Assembly: GCA_043228905.1 (NCBI GenBank)
Contig: JBHGNT010000004.1
Span: 6,820,001 to 6,884,000 of the forward strand
Direction: 5' to 3'
Length of the DNA: 64,000 nt
Origin: Azolla caroliniana
Taxonomy: Eukaryota; Plantae; Polypodiophyta
The translations under genes were made by a program, and so were the position numbers. Position 1 is the stretch's first letter. The number at the start of each line of letters is the position of its first letter. Of this stretch, positions 44,553 through 57,000 are shown piece after piece. The notes under the pieces are model-generated. The model made no database searches and was not told the origin of the DNA. It saw only the letters and a program-made list of their open reading frames with translations.

Positions 44553-45046
44553 TGTTATCCGTTCCTTTGGAAACACCTTCGATAAGCCCACAGGCTATCG
44601 GTGTCAAGGGATCATGTTATGTGAAAGCTTCTTCTACATGGGGAAAAAGAGAGGAGAACAAGGATCGTACACGGGCTACAACCCGTTAAGTATGAACGTA
44701 GCCCGATTTACAAGTACGGGGAGAATACACATATAGAAGTTTAGAAAAACGTAACTTATATTCAATGATAAGCGCATTGTGATTACAGTACTCGGCCTTT
44801 GCCTGGAAACAATACGTACAAAGCTTGCTCCTATGATATTACTCTCGCTCAGAATAATCTAGGTATCCCCCCTTGGGGTATGCATAACTCAGGTTATATA
44901 GTTTTTCCCTTCAGACAGAGCCGAGCCATCGGCTGATTGTGAGGGCTTAAACACGGCTATTTCTAGTCTTACCTATTTCCTCACTTACTCTTCTACCTAA
45001 CGGCGAGTTTACATAATATATTTATATTTCTGGCCTATGGACAACA
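44553..45046 (-). repeat. G1 5' LTR
   Basis: Direct repeat of 16511-17004. Confidence 0.95.
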
Positions 45047-45265
45047 CTGATCCTTAGGCACATGCATATGCACTAAGCATCTGAACACCCTCAGGTGTCG
45101 ATAGGAGACATCCTTTCCTGTCCACACCTTTTGTGGGACATCACCTTTCAACAGTAATGAGGGAGACTTGTTGATCAGATAAACAACCGTTTGAATCGCC
45201 TCAGCCCAATATATTTTCGGCAATTTAGCATATGACAACATGCTCCTTAGTCTCTCCATGATTCG
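45047..45265 (-). mobile_element. Copia F, integrase remainder; truncated at a junction with E
   Basis: 'RIMERLRSMLSYAKLPKIYWAEA..HLRVFRCLVHMHVPKDQ'. Confidence 0.85.
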
Positions 45266-45519
45266 AAGAGAAAGGTTTTGGAAAGAGAAAGGAACCGACA
45301 GTGCCGATTCGAAGAATGGTTCGGACTGGAATGTCAAATACGAGTGGCCGTATTCACACTGTCCCTTTGTACATCCCAAGCTTGGGCTATTTCTGTAAAT
45401 AGCATAAAGGGCAGTTGCCCTAGGACAGTCACTATATAAAGTGACTTTGTAACCTTTAGAAAAGGTTGGCTGCCATTTTGTAACGGTTGCTATTGAGAAA
45501 TAAAATGTTTTCTTTGTGC

Positions 45520-45565
<46 letters not shown>

Positions 45566-48500
45566 GTATATTGTTTTCATTCGCATACGTAGGTTCTTCA
45601 CCATCACAGATGTTGTTTGTTCTTCCGCACTGACGACCTTGTTCCCCAACATTTAGTATCAGAGCGTTGGAGGTTCTTTAACCCGCTGTCGGTCGTCATC
45701 GTACACCACACAACATTCCATTTTCATTTTCTTTGAAGAATAGAGAAGGGAGAAGAAAAACAAAAAGCTCGCATCTCACTGTGTTAAATCACAAATTGGA
45801 GTAAGCTAGTCGGCTGTACTCTGTTCCTGTGATTGTAACTGCTTTAGGGGAGCTCCTTGAGCAACAACCGACCCAATCGTGCTTCATTCGGTTAAACAAC
45901 ATCCAAATAGGTCACCGGACGTTATTCACCCACTTGTTGTAACCACCCGCTGCAGATTGGTCTCCAGGCAACAACCAAATTCGTGCTTCACTCGACTGAT
46001 CGACATTTGGGAGGATCAGTTGGATCCATCCCTCTCATCGTTGCAGTCATCCGAAGCAGAATCGGCCCAAACAATCGGTTTCTTGTAATCGGTATTCGGC
46101 ATACAATCGGAAGCTAACCGGGCTCACTCCGACTCGGCAACATTCGGGAAGACCAGCCAGTTCTGTCCCTCAAGTTACCAGAGTCACTCCGAGCAAGTTT
46201 AGCAACAAGTATTCGAAACCAAACCGACTTAGGTTCAAAACCGACTAGAACAATATCGGGTGAGCAGATCAGCTGCACCCCACTAAGGTTCGTAGTCAAC
46301 TCCGAAATGAGTCTTACCAGCCGAAACCGAAATAGATAGCATCAACATCCGGCTCATTGGAGATGAGTCTAAGGAGGTTCGACGATTTGAACTTCAACTT
46401 CTGGAAGGAACAAATGCAGGACTATCTCATAGTCAAGGGTCAGATAGACCTGATTGAGAATGAAAATCCTCCAGACGCATACAAGGCAAACGAGTGGCTA
46501 AAGCTGGACAGAATTGTCCGCGCCACGATTCAGATGCACTTGTCGGAGTCAGTGTACTTCATAGTGCAATCATGCACGACAACTTTTAAACTTTGGAAAA
46601 CGTTATCAGAAACTTATGAAAAGAAGGTCACTGCAACGAAAATGTATCTGATCCGGCGCCTCTACAACTTGCGGATGAAAGAATCTGATCCGGTTCAGGC
46701 ACACCTCAACGAGTACGAAAGCATAAGCTCCCAAATCTCGTCTCAGGGGATGGCAATCGAGGATGAACTTAAAGCAATGATACTCATGAGTAGTCTCCCC
46801 TCTTCATGGGAAACTTTCGTTACAACCGTGTGCAATGCTTCAATAGCTGTCGTTAAGTACTCCGAAGTCACGAGCGCAATCCTGACTGAAGCAGCTCGGA
46901 GAAAGTCTTTCGCCAAAGACTCGGCAGATGAAGCTTACGTAGTACAAGGTTCGACTGACCGATCGAACAACCGGGGAAGAAGTTCCTCACAACCGCCGAA
47001 CAATCAACGAAGCCGGAGCAAGTCCCGGGACAACCGAATCTGCAACTACTGCAAGAAACCGGGACACATCAAAGCCGACTGTCGGACACTCAAAGAAAAA
47101 ACCGACAAAGCTCAGAGAGCGGATCAGAAGAGTAGCCGGCATGAGGAGGTCAACTATGTCGGCTCTTCAGCCGAAATTTTGACGACCGATCCGAACATAT
47201 TGTCCATAGAGAACCCAGTCGAATCAGAAGTTCTACTTACGACTGACAAAGCGAGCACATGGCTCCTGGACTCGGGCGCATCGTATCATGTGACATCTCA
47301 CCGATCTCAGTTTCGGCAATACTCGAACCAGCACTCCGACTCAGTTCGAGTCGGAAATTCGTAGCATTGTGCTATAATCGGAATCGGCACCATAGAGCTC
47401 AACCTTCTGGGTGGCTCTACACTCGTACTACACAACGTCTGACACGTTCCTGAGCTCTCAAGACCCTTGATCTCAGTCGGACAGCTTGATGAAGCCGGCA
47501 TCCGTGCCGGATTCTCATCAGGAGGGTCAACACTCCACAAAGGGAACCTCCTGCTTGCTCGAGGACCAAAGGTACACTCTTTGTACACCTTATATGCCAC
47601 ACTTAAAGAGGGTGACTTATTTTTGGTTGATATCCCCGTGTCATCGTTATGGCACAGATGACTTGGACACCTCAACAAGGCCGGCATAACGCACCTATCC
47701 AGAGCCGGTTACATCCCCAAACTCTCTTTCTCGGATCACCAATTCTACGATCATTGCCCATATGGCAAACAGTTAGCCGCATCACACCCGACATCAGCAC
47801 CAAGAGAATCGAGTCCCCTCGATTTGGTCCACTCAGACGTTTGTGGCCCGATGCCACATCAATCTCTCGGCGGTGCTTCGTACTTCGTCAATTTTATTGA
47901 CGACTCGACTCGGAAGGTGTGGGCTTACGCCATCAGAACCAAAGATCGGGTGTTCTCGATCTTCTCCAAATGGCTTGCAATGGTCGAAAATCAGACCGGT
48001 CGGAAACTGAAATGTCTCTGAATTGACAACGGAGGAGAATTCAAGTCTGAAGAATTCGTCAAATTTTGCCGAGAACGCGGCATTCGACGTGAATATACGA
48101 CACCCTATAGTCTGGAGCAGAACGGAATTACTAAACGCATGAATAAGACGATTGAAGAATGCATAGTATCCATGCTCCAACACTCTGGACTGTCAGATGG
48201 CTTCTGGGCGGAGGCTCTACTTACGGCAGTACACATAATAAATATGTCACCAAGTAGACATCTAGGACTTAAAATACCTCAGGAAACATGGACCGGCAGT
48301 AAGCCGAATTATGACAAGCGGAGGATCTTTAGTTGTGAGGCGTATGCCCTCATACCGAAAGACGACAGCCGGAAACTCGAACCGAGATCAAGGAAATGCG
48401 TTTTCCTTGGATATGGACCCGACGGCGAGATCAGATGCCGACTCTAGGACCCCGACCACAGACAAATTGTCCGAAGTTCGGACGTCGTGTTCAACAAGTC

Positions 48501-51500
48501 GGCTATGCATAAAACAGCCGAAAGGCCTATTGAAGTCCGAAGGGTAATATTTTCCGAAGTTCCAACCCTTCATGACGGCCCAGCCCACAACACAAGATCG
48601 GTTTCACGGGTAACCGACAACTCTCGCACCGAATCCACCGGAAATCGGAAATCAACAACCGGATACTGTTTCAAATTCGGCAATGGAGTAATCTCGTGGA
48701 AGTCAAAACTTCAGGAGTGCACTGCCACCTCAATGACTAAAGCGGAATATGTAGTTGTGTCCGACGCGGCAAAAGAAGCTTTATGGCTCGGTCGGCTGGC
48801 GCACACGTTTCGACAGGTCGACTCCGACTCGGCTCCAGTTGTCTACAGCGACAGTCAGGGTGTTGTTGCTTTGTCAAAAAATCTGGTTCACCACAACGCC
48901 TCCAAACATATAGACGTTCGATATCACTTCGTTCGGGACTGCGTCATTTCAAGTAAAATCAGTCTAGAGAAGATATCCACAACTGATAATGTCGCAGAAG
49001 GAATGACCAAGTGTCTTTCGGCAGATCGTTTCCGGTCCCTTCGGCACCAAATGGGCGTAACGAAAAATCGGTTCAGTTAAAGTCGGACACACAACACAGG
49101 ATGGTTTCGGACCACCGACATCGGTTCTTTGAGGATCGGCTTCAGCTCTTCCAACCCGACCGGTTCGGTCTTCTGTCTTCGGATCTTGCCGACTCTAAAA
49201 AAACCGATATGTCCGATAAACCTGGTATATACCTGATTTTTAGATAACCCATGTATACGCCCATTATGGGGGAGTGTCGAATATGAGTGTATAATGGCCG
49301 TATTTCTGTAAATAGCATAAAGGGCAGTTGCCCTAGGACAGTAACTATATAACGTGACTTTGTAACCTTTAGAAGAGGTTGGTTGCCATTTTGTAACGGT
49401 TGCTATTGAGAAATAAAAAGTTTTCTTTGTGCCTATCTCTCTCTCTCTATGTGTATATTGTTTTCATTCGCATACGCAGGTTCTTCACCATCATAGATGT
49501 TGTTTGTTCTTCCACATTGACGACCTTGTTCCCCAACATGGAAAGGGGCGGATCGGAAGGGAACATCGGCAATCGCGACAAGTGAAGAAGAACTAATGCT
49601 CATTACCAAGGAGAATGAGTTAAACCTTGTTGGCAACGAGACAACGTGGGTTGTCGATTCCAGAGCATCGTTCCATCTTACACCGAACCAGAGATGCTTC
49701 TCGTCCTACACAACCGGAGATCATGGTTGTGTCCGGATGGGGAATGAAGTTACATGCCGAATTGTCGGCATAGGAGATGTGTTGTAGACGACATCAACCG
49801 GATGCAAGTTGCCGATGAAGGATGTCAGACACGTTCTGGAGGTTCAACTAAACCTGATATCAGTCGGTCAGCTAGATGATGAAGGCTACACGGGTAGCAT
49901 CCAGAACGGAGTCATGAAATTCAGCAAAGGAAGTCTGATTGTGACTCGAGCTTGGAAGATCAACACGCTATATCTTATGCATGCCCGGATATGCTGCGAA
50001 GAAGTGAACGTAGCATCCGACACTGCCGATGACCTATGGCACAAGAGACTGTGTCATAAGAGCCAGAAGGGGATGAGAAGACTTGTCGAAGACAACCTCA
50101 TTTCGGAGGTGAAAGACGTGTTTCTTGAGAAGTGCACCGATTGCTTAACCGGCAAGCAAAACCGAACCTCCTTCCATTCAAGACCACCAATAAGACGGAA
50201 TGCACCATTGGAGCTGGTGCATGCCGATGTGTGTCAAGTGGACACGAAGTCACACGCGGATCACAGTACTTCGTGACGTTCATAGATGACCACAGCCGGA
50301 AGTTGTGGGTCTCACCACTGAAGACGAAGGATCAAGTGTTATCCGTCTTCAAGGAACTCCACGCGAGAGTGGAAAGAGAAACCGGTCAGAAGCTAAAGGC
50401 GGTTCGAGCGGACAACGGAGGAGAATATCGGGGGCAGTTCGAGGAGTACTGTCGGTCGAAGGGAATACGGCTCGAATTTATCGTGCCGAAGACGCTGGAA
50501 CTAAACGGGTTGGCCGAAAGGATGAATTGGACCATAATGGAGAGAGTCTGGAACATGCTTGCACATGCCAAGTTACCCAAGACATTTTGGGTTGAGGCGT
50601 TGATGATGACGACTTACGTGATAAATAGATCACCCTCAATACCCTTGGATGGAGACACACCACAAAGAGTATGGACCGGTAAGGACGTGTCTTATCAGCA
50701 TCTGAAGGTGTTCGGGTGTCTCGCATATGTGCATGTTGCAAAGGACAAGAGAGCAAAGTTGGATCCAAAGTCTAGACCATGCATATTCCTTGGATACGGT
50801 GATGATGAGTTCGGTTACCGAGTGTGGGATCTGGTCGACAAGAAGGTGTTCCGGAGTCGGGACATAGTCTTCATGGAAGATAGGACCATTGCCGACTAGG
50901 AGTCGGAGAAGAAGATCATGAACTCCGGATCATCCAATGAAAATTGGTTTGAGGACACAAGGACCTACCCAGTTGAAAACCGGATGTTGGTCGGCAACCG
51001 GATGACACTCAATGAACTGGCTGGATACATACAAGAAACCAAACCGACCGAAAGGAAGAAGAAGAAGAAGACATCAGAACCGGACAAGATATTGAATCGG
51101 ACTCAGATTAGGAACAAACGAAGGAACTGGTAGTCTGAAACCAAGGACGGAGATATCCTCTTTGAGAGAGAAGAGCCCCTCGGAGATTTCCGGATGCAAA
51201 GCATGTATTGTTGACCGATGAGGGGGAACCGGAAAGCTTCGAAGAAGCAAAGAAAGACACCCACAACCGCAAGTGGTTGAGTGTGATGCAAGATGAGATG
51301 GATTCCCTGCATGAGAACCACACATATGAACTGACGGAGTTGCCAAAAGGAAAGAGGGCACTCCAGAACAAGTGGGTGTACAAGCTAAAATCAGGAGATG
51401 CCGAAAACCCACCGAGATACAAAGCCCGGATCGTGGTGAAGGGGTTCCCGTAGAAGAAAGGAGTGGATTTCGACAAGATCTTTGCCCCGGTAGTTTAGAT

Positions 51501-53407
51501 GACTTCCATCCGGATGGTGCTGAGCATAGCAGCAAGCATGAATCTTGAGGTAGAGCAACTAGACGTAAAGACGTCGTTCCTCCATGGTGACCTCGAAGAG
51601 CAGATCTACATGCAACAGCCAGAATGATTTGTTAAGAAAGGGAAGGAGCATTTGGTGTGCCGGTTGAAGAAGAGCTTATACGGACTGAAGCAAGCTCCCC
51701 AACAATGGTACTGGAAGTTTGACTCCTTCATGACCGACCAAGGGTACCACAAGATGCAGGCCGATCACTACGTGTTTGTGAAGAAATTTGACGGAAGAGA
51801 TTTCCGTATACTCCTATATATGGATGATATGTTGATCGTCGAACGAGACCAAGGCAAGATCGGATGCTGAAGAAGGCTCTGAACCGGACCTTCTCAATGA
51901 AAGACTTGGGTTTGGCAAGACAAATATTGGGAATGCACATCATCTGAGACTGATCGAAGAAGCTGTTGTGGTTGTCACAGGAGAAGTATGTAACAAAGGT
52001 GCTTCAACGGTTCAACATGTCAGAGGCAAAACCAATCTGATCGACACTTCCAGCAAACTGCAAGCTATCCGGAAAACAAAGCCCGAGGACAAAGGCGGAG
52101 AAGACGGATATGATGAAGATGCCATATGCTTCTGCCGTCGGGAGCTTGATGTACGCGATGGTATGTACCCGACCAGATATCGGATATGCAGTCGGAGTGG
52201 TGAGCCGGTTCATGAGCAATCCCGGAAGAGAGCACTGGAACGCGGTAAAGTGGGTACTACGGTATTTGAAAGGCACCTTGAGTATGTGCCTCCAATTTGG
52301 CTCCTGTAAACCCCTCTTGGAAGGCTTCACCGATTCGGATATGTCGGTTGATACGAATACCAGCTGGTCTACATCCGGATATGTCATGACTTATGTAGGG
52401 GGAGTTGTTTCGTGGCAGTCGAGGTTGCAGAAGACGGTTGCGTTGTCAACCACGGAGGCAGAGTACATGGTAGTTGTGGAAGCCGGCAAGGAGATAATCT
52501 GGACGAAGGACTTCATCGGACATCTAGGGATCCAACAGGAAGAATATCGGCTCTACTACGACAGTCAAAGTGCCATCCACCTTGCGAGGAATGCAACCTA
52601 CCATTCCCGGACGAAACATATCCAATGGAGGTACCACTGGATTCGGGAGAGAGTAGAAGGTCAAGAGTTTGTGCTAACGAAGATCCACATAGAGGAGAAC
52701 AGGTAGGATATGCTGACCAAGTTGTTGACAACCGACAAGTTGGACGCATGCTGATAGCGGATCGGGTTGACGAGACATCCCATGCCGGAGTGAAGGGGGA
52801 GATTGTTGGGAAGTCGGCCCCTCCGAATGGGATCTGATTATGAATGAAGAGGACCCGGTCAGAACTCGAAGAGATCCGAAAACCGGATCGGATGGACCCG
52901 ATGAGAACCAGAAGAGATCCGAAAACCGGATCGGATGGACCCGGTGAGAACCGGAAGAGAAGACATATTTGTAAATATGTTTTGAGTAAGCCAATTGAGG
53001 CTATATTTGTAAATAGCCCTAAGTTCATATGAGTATAAATATGACCTAGGGCAATCATAGAAGTGTGTGTGTTGTCATATTGTTGTATGTGCATAACTGT
53101 TGTATAGAGAGAGAGAGAGATACATAGTGATACTCTATTGTAACTGCCGCTTGGCGAAGATACAGAGCTTGAGGTCGTTGTGTCTGAGTCTTTGATTGTA
53201 CCTTTCTTATATAGTGATAGTTTGGAATCTGTGGGATCCTGTGGTTTTTCCCTATTAGGGTTTTCCACATGAACATCTTGAGTACTCTCTATTGTTCGTG
53301 TGTGTACATGTACTAATCTCCAACCCCATTTCTGTGTTTGATTCTCAAAGAAGTGATCTAAGACTCGGTTGTGGCTGAGTGATATTACGCGTGGTATTCT
53401 CTTCACA
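45266..53407 (+). mobile_element. Copia E (Tork-like), 5'-truncated, degenerate, carrying H; 3' LTR 52804-~53407
   Basis: Gag remnant 'DSADSKNGSDW|KGADRKGTSAIATSEEELMLI' reads across H. pol is homologous to C and D. PPT gtgaagggggagat precedes tgttggg. Confidence 0.85.
45332..49538 (+). mobile_element. Copia H, internally deleted (no RT)
   Basis: LTRs 45332-45651 and 49275-49538. TSD TGGAA. Mutated iMet PBS tagtatcagagc. gag 46357-47364, then IN joined straight to RNase H at ~48637. Confidence 0.92.
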
Positions 53408-53855
53408 CATGTCGCCAAGAAATACATTACTCCACTCGCCCCTTGCTCCCATGTTGAGTAGTCGGCGTCCTTTGGGTTGGGTCGATTTTCTTGTGCTCCT
53501 TTGACGTAGCTCAAATAACCTTGTCTAAAAAGTTATTGGTTCATCTTGTACTCCCAAGATGCGAACTTGTTTCGGTCCAACTTCTCGCTACGGAGAGTGC
53601 TCCCCATCTAAGTATTCATGGTGTTTGATGTAGATTTCTTCATTCTTCTTCTCTCTTGAATATGAGCTATGTAGAGAAAGAGTACAAAATTACTTTCAGT
53701 TGTTCTGGCACTACGATAGCGATGGGCCAGATTTCTTTGAATCGTTAGCGTAGACACACCACACGAGGATGGGCTAGATCGAGCTACCAAATCGCTCTGG
53801 TACCATGTAAAGAATCGTGGTGATTCTGTGCAGCGGAATAGGTTAGAGATGTGTG

Positions 53856-53895
<40 letters not shown>

Positions 53896-54094
53896 ACGCG
53901 TTTTAGAAGAGGCGAGGAGAGAGACACAAGATAGATAGAAAATGGAGAATAGAATACTCAAGAAAATGTATATTACAATGGAGATTAATGGACACATTAC
54001 AAAGTAGGAGGAGGGTGCTTTATATAGTCACCCTCTCTCTTCATTAACTACCGAAGCTCATCAGTCATGGAGAATGTGGAAACTCATTAGCTAT

Positions 54095-57000
54095 TGTTAA
54101 AGTTAGTGTGGGGAAGCTTGACAAAATTAATTTAGTTGGGCAGCAACAGAGAATAGAAAAACACAGGTTCAATGGAAGCTTTAGAATATTTAGCATACAC
54201 GAGAGAGATAGAAAGAGTGCAAAACATAAAACTCTATTCTAAAATAATAATCCTCCGTGTACATAGAATGTGCTCAGAGAGCACTTTTATACAAGTCCAT
54301 AAAGAACTGACAGAAGTACTGACAGGTACTTCAATGCTCATACGAGCGACTATCACTAACCCCCAAAAATATGCTTGCGTACTAGGCTGGATCCGTAGGC
54401 ATCTAGTGGCCTACCGGTTTCAATCCGATTCGGCTCTCTGATCCGGTTCTCCGTTCCGGATACCGATCTAGCTCTGGCTTATTCGGCCGATCTGGATCCG
54501 GTTGAGCTTGGTCGCTCAACACTCCCCCTCAAGCTCAACAGGAGGTCGGATCGTGGTGTTAGTGTCTGCAATAGCCGGTCCTTTCCTCCGGCTCCTTTTG
54601 ACGTCCCCCCGCCTTGCTCGCACTCCTCGTCCGGTCCGATTCTGCTTCCCACAACCCGTCTGGTTCTACGCACCTCGTCCTCCTTGGTTCTACGCAGCTC
54701 AGCAGGCCCATCTCAGCTCCTTCGCTGCTATGACTCCGGCGCTTGTCGACCCATCGGTTCCTCCGTGTTGGTGTCGACTTCCCTGCCTTCTCGTCCGCTT
54801 GGCCTTTAGTTGATCTGGCTCTTCCAAATCCAATTGTTGAACCGAATCGACTTCCTCCGATTCATTCTAGCTCTAGTCCGAGTTGGTAGTCTCCAACTCA
54901 TCTTCCGTTTTTTTGCCCTTCACCACATCGAACCACGTCTGGGTCTTGGCCTTCTTATGGTCGGCTTTGTCCTTGACTCTGTCGTCGCTACCGCTTGCTC
55001 CAACTTGTTCGGATGTGCCGACTCCTTTGGTCGGCTCAGCTTTCTTTATCTGCTCATCTCCCCCCTTGGTTCTTTCTTCCTCTCTGGCTCCTTGTCCGTT
55101 GCCATCCGTTCTCGTTCCTGTTCTCCCCCTCAAGTGCGGCACATGGAGATGTTGAATGCCGAGCATCTCCGAAAAATGTTGCAACTTGTCCGATTCAAGC
55201 GGCTTGGTGAAGATGTCGGCAACCTGCCGATCCGTGCGAACATACCGAAGTTCAACTTCACCGCTCGGACCCACTCACGAACAAAGTGATAATGCACTTC
55301 TATGTGCTTTGTCCGAGCATGGAATACAGGGTTCTTGGTGAGTTGTATGTTGCTTACGTTGTCACAATAAATCAGGATCAAGGTCAGCACCTCGATCCAG
55401 AGGTCTCGCAGCAGTCGCCGAAGCCAGATGGTTTCACATGTGGCAATGGTAGCGCCCCAGTACTCAGCCTCAGTGCTCGACAGAGCCACTGTTGGCTGCT
55501 TTTTGCTCCTCCATGCAACAACCATGTTACCAAGAGAAAACATGTAACCAGAGGTGGATCGGAGATCTGATGCATCACCAGCCCAGTTGACATCGGTATA
55601 CCCGACTAGCTTCCCAGCTATACCGTGTCGATATAACAGTCTTTGGTCCTTCGTGCCGCTCACATATCGCAATAGTTGATGCGCGCATTGAAGGTGCTCC
55701 ACGGTCGGCATTTGCATAAACTGGCTGATCACCCCGACTGGATAACTAATGTCGGGTCGGGTGATCGTCAAGTATATAAGGCTTCCAACAATTTGTCGAA
55801 ACCGTTTCTCATCGCAGGCCGAGCTAGAGTTAGGACGTAGCTTCAGTTCCAGTCCAAGGGTGTGGAGATTGGTCAGCATTCCGTCATGTCGAACTTGTAC
55901 AACATATTTAGCACATAGTGTCTTTGTGAGAGCAATATGCCATCGGGGGTCCAGATCACCTCGATCCTAAGAAAATAATGAAGGTCCCCTAGGTCCTTCA
56001 TTTCAAATGCGTCCAACAATTGGGACTTCACTTTGCCGATTTCATCCAGCCCGGGTCCAGTGATGACTAAATCATCAACATATAGCAGGATACAAATCAG
56101 ACTGTCCGAACCTTTCTGGATGAACAGTGACGAGTCAGACTTTGAGGCCGCAAACCCCATCTTACACAACTGGTGAGTTGTCGTGCCTTTCGGCTCCGGA
56201 TCATTGCGTGAGTCGGGTGGGAACCGTTGAGGTTTTGGACTAGGAGAAAGAAAAATATGAGATAAGGCTCCTTATGAATTGATTGCAAGAAAGAGAAATA
56301 TTTTAAAGAAGATATGAAACCCGTGAATCCCACGAGTATAGTGTATTAATTGATACTTAGAATGTAGGAGAGAAATAGATGGGAAAAAAATCGTGAATCC
56401 CACGAATATATTAAATTGATCAGAATCCTTGTAAAATAATCAACAACCTCTATACATCTTTCTCTCTTCCTTATATAATGTTGGAAGAGTCTAAGTTTAT
56501 CACATTCAAGCATCATGCTTTTCCTATCTTTAGTTTTCATGCACACTGCATGTGCATGATTAGCTTTCAATCTCATCTTTTCTTTTAACTCGAGTGTCTA
56601 TGCATGAATAACTTTTTGTACCATGCATGTCTAGAAATTTTACATGGGATAAAGTTTAGTATAACTTTAAAATTCATAATACGCTAGTATAATGATAAGG
56701 CTTAACATTATTAACATGGAGGTGCAAGGTTCGAATCTTGCCCTATGCATGTAATATATAATTTTATACTTTCTTCTATTTACAAATATGTCTCTTCATC
56801 TGGTGAGAGACTCTCACCGGCCTTCTTCATCCGGCTCTTGCCGGTTCTGCTTCATCCAGTTCTCGCCGGTTTTCTTTATCCGGTTCTTACCGGATCCTTC
56901 TTACCAGTCCTCTTCGTCCGTTTCTCACCAACTCTCACCGGCCTTCTTCATCCGGCTCTTGCCGGTTCTGCTTCATCCGGTTCTCGCCGGTTTTCTTTAT

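Larger units (their letters stand above)
16511..45046 (-). mobile_element. Gypsy G1 (non-chromovirus, Athila/Tat-like, no archaeal RNase H seen), full length with nested C, G2 and D
   Basis: 494-bp LTRs (16511-17004, 44553-45046; about 18 differences counted by eye). Perfect TSD CTGAT (16506-16510, 45047-45051). gag-pol on the minus strand. Confidence 0.95.

Noticed and set aside
52513-53514. 333-aa novel ORF (likewise 45035-45652, 30851-31762, 14601-14999 and the N-terminus of 1689-4319)
   Set aside because: These are chimeric read-throughs across insertion junctions and LTRs.
56675-56748. Functional tRNA gene
   Set aside because: A/B-box-like motifs are present but no convincing acceptor or anticodon stems; at most a SINE-like remnant.
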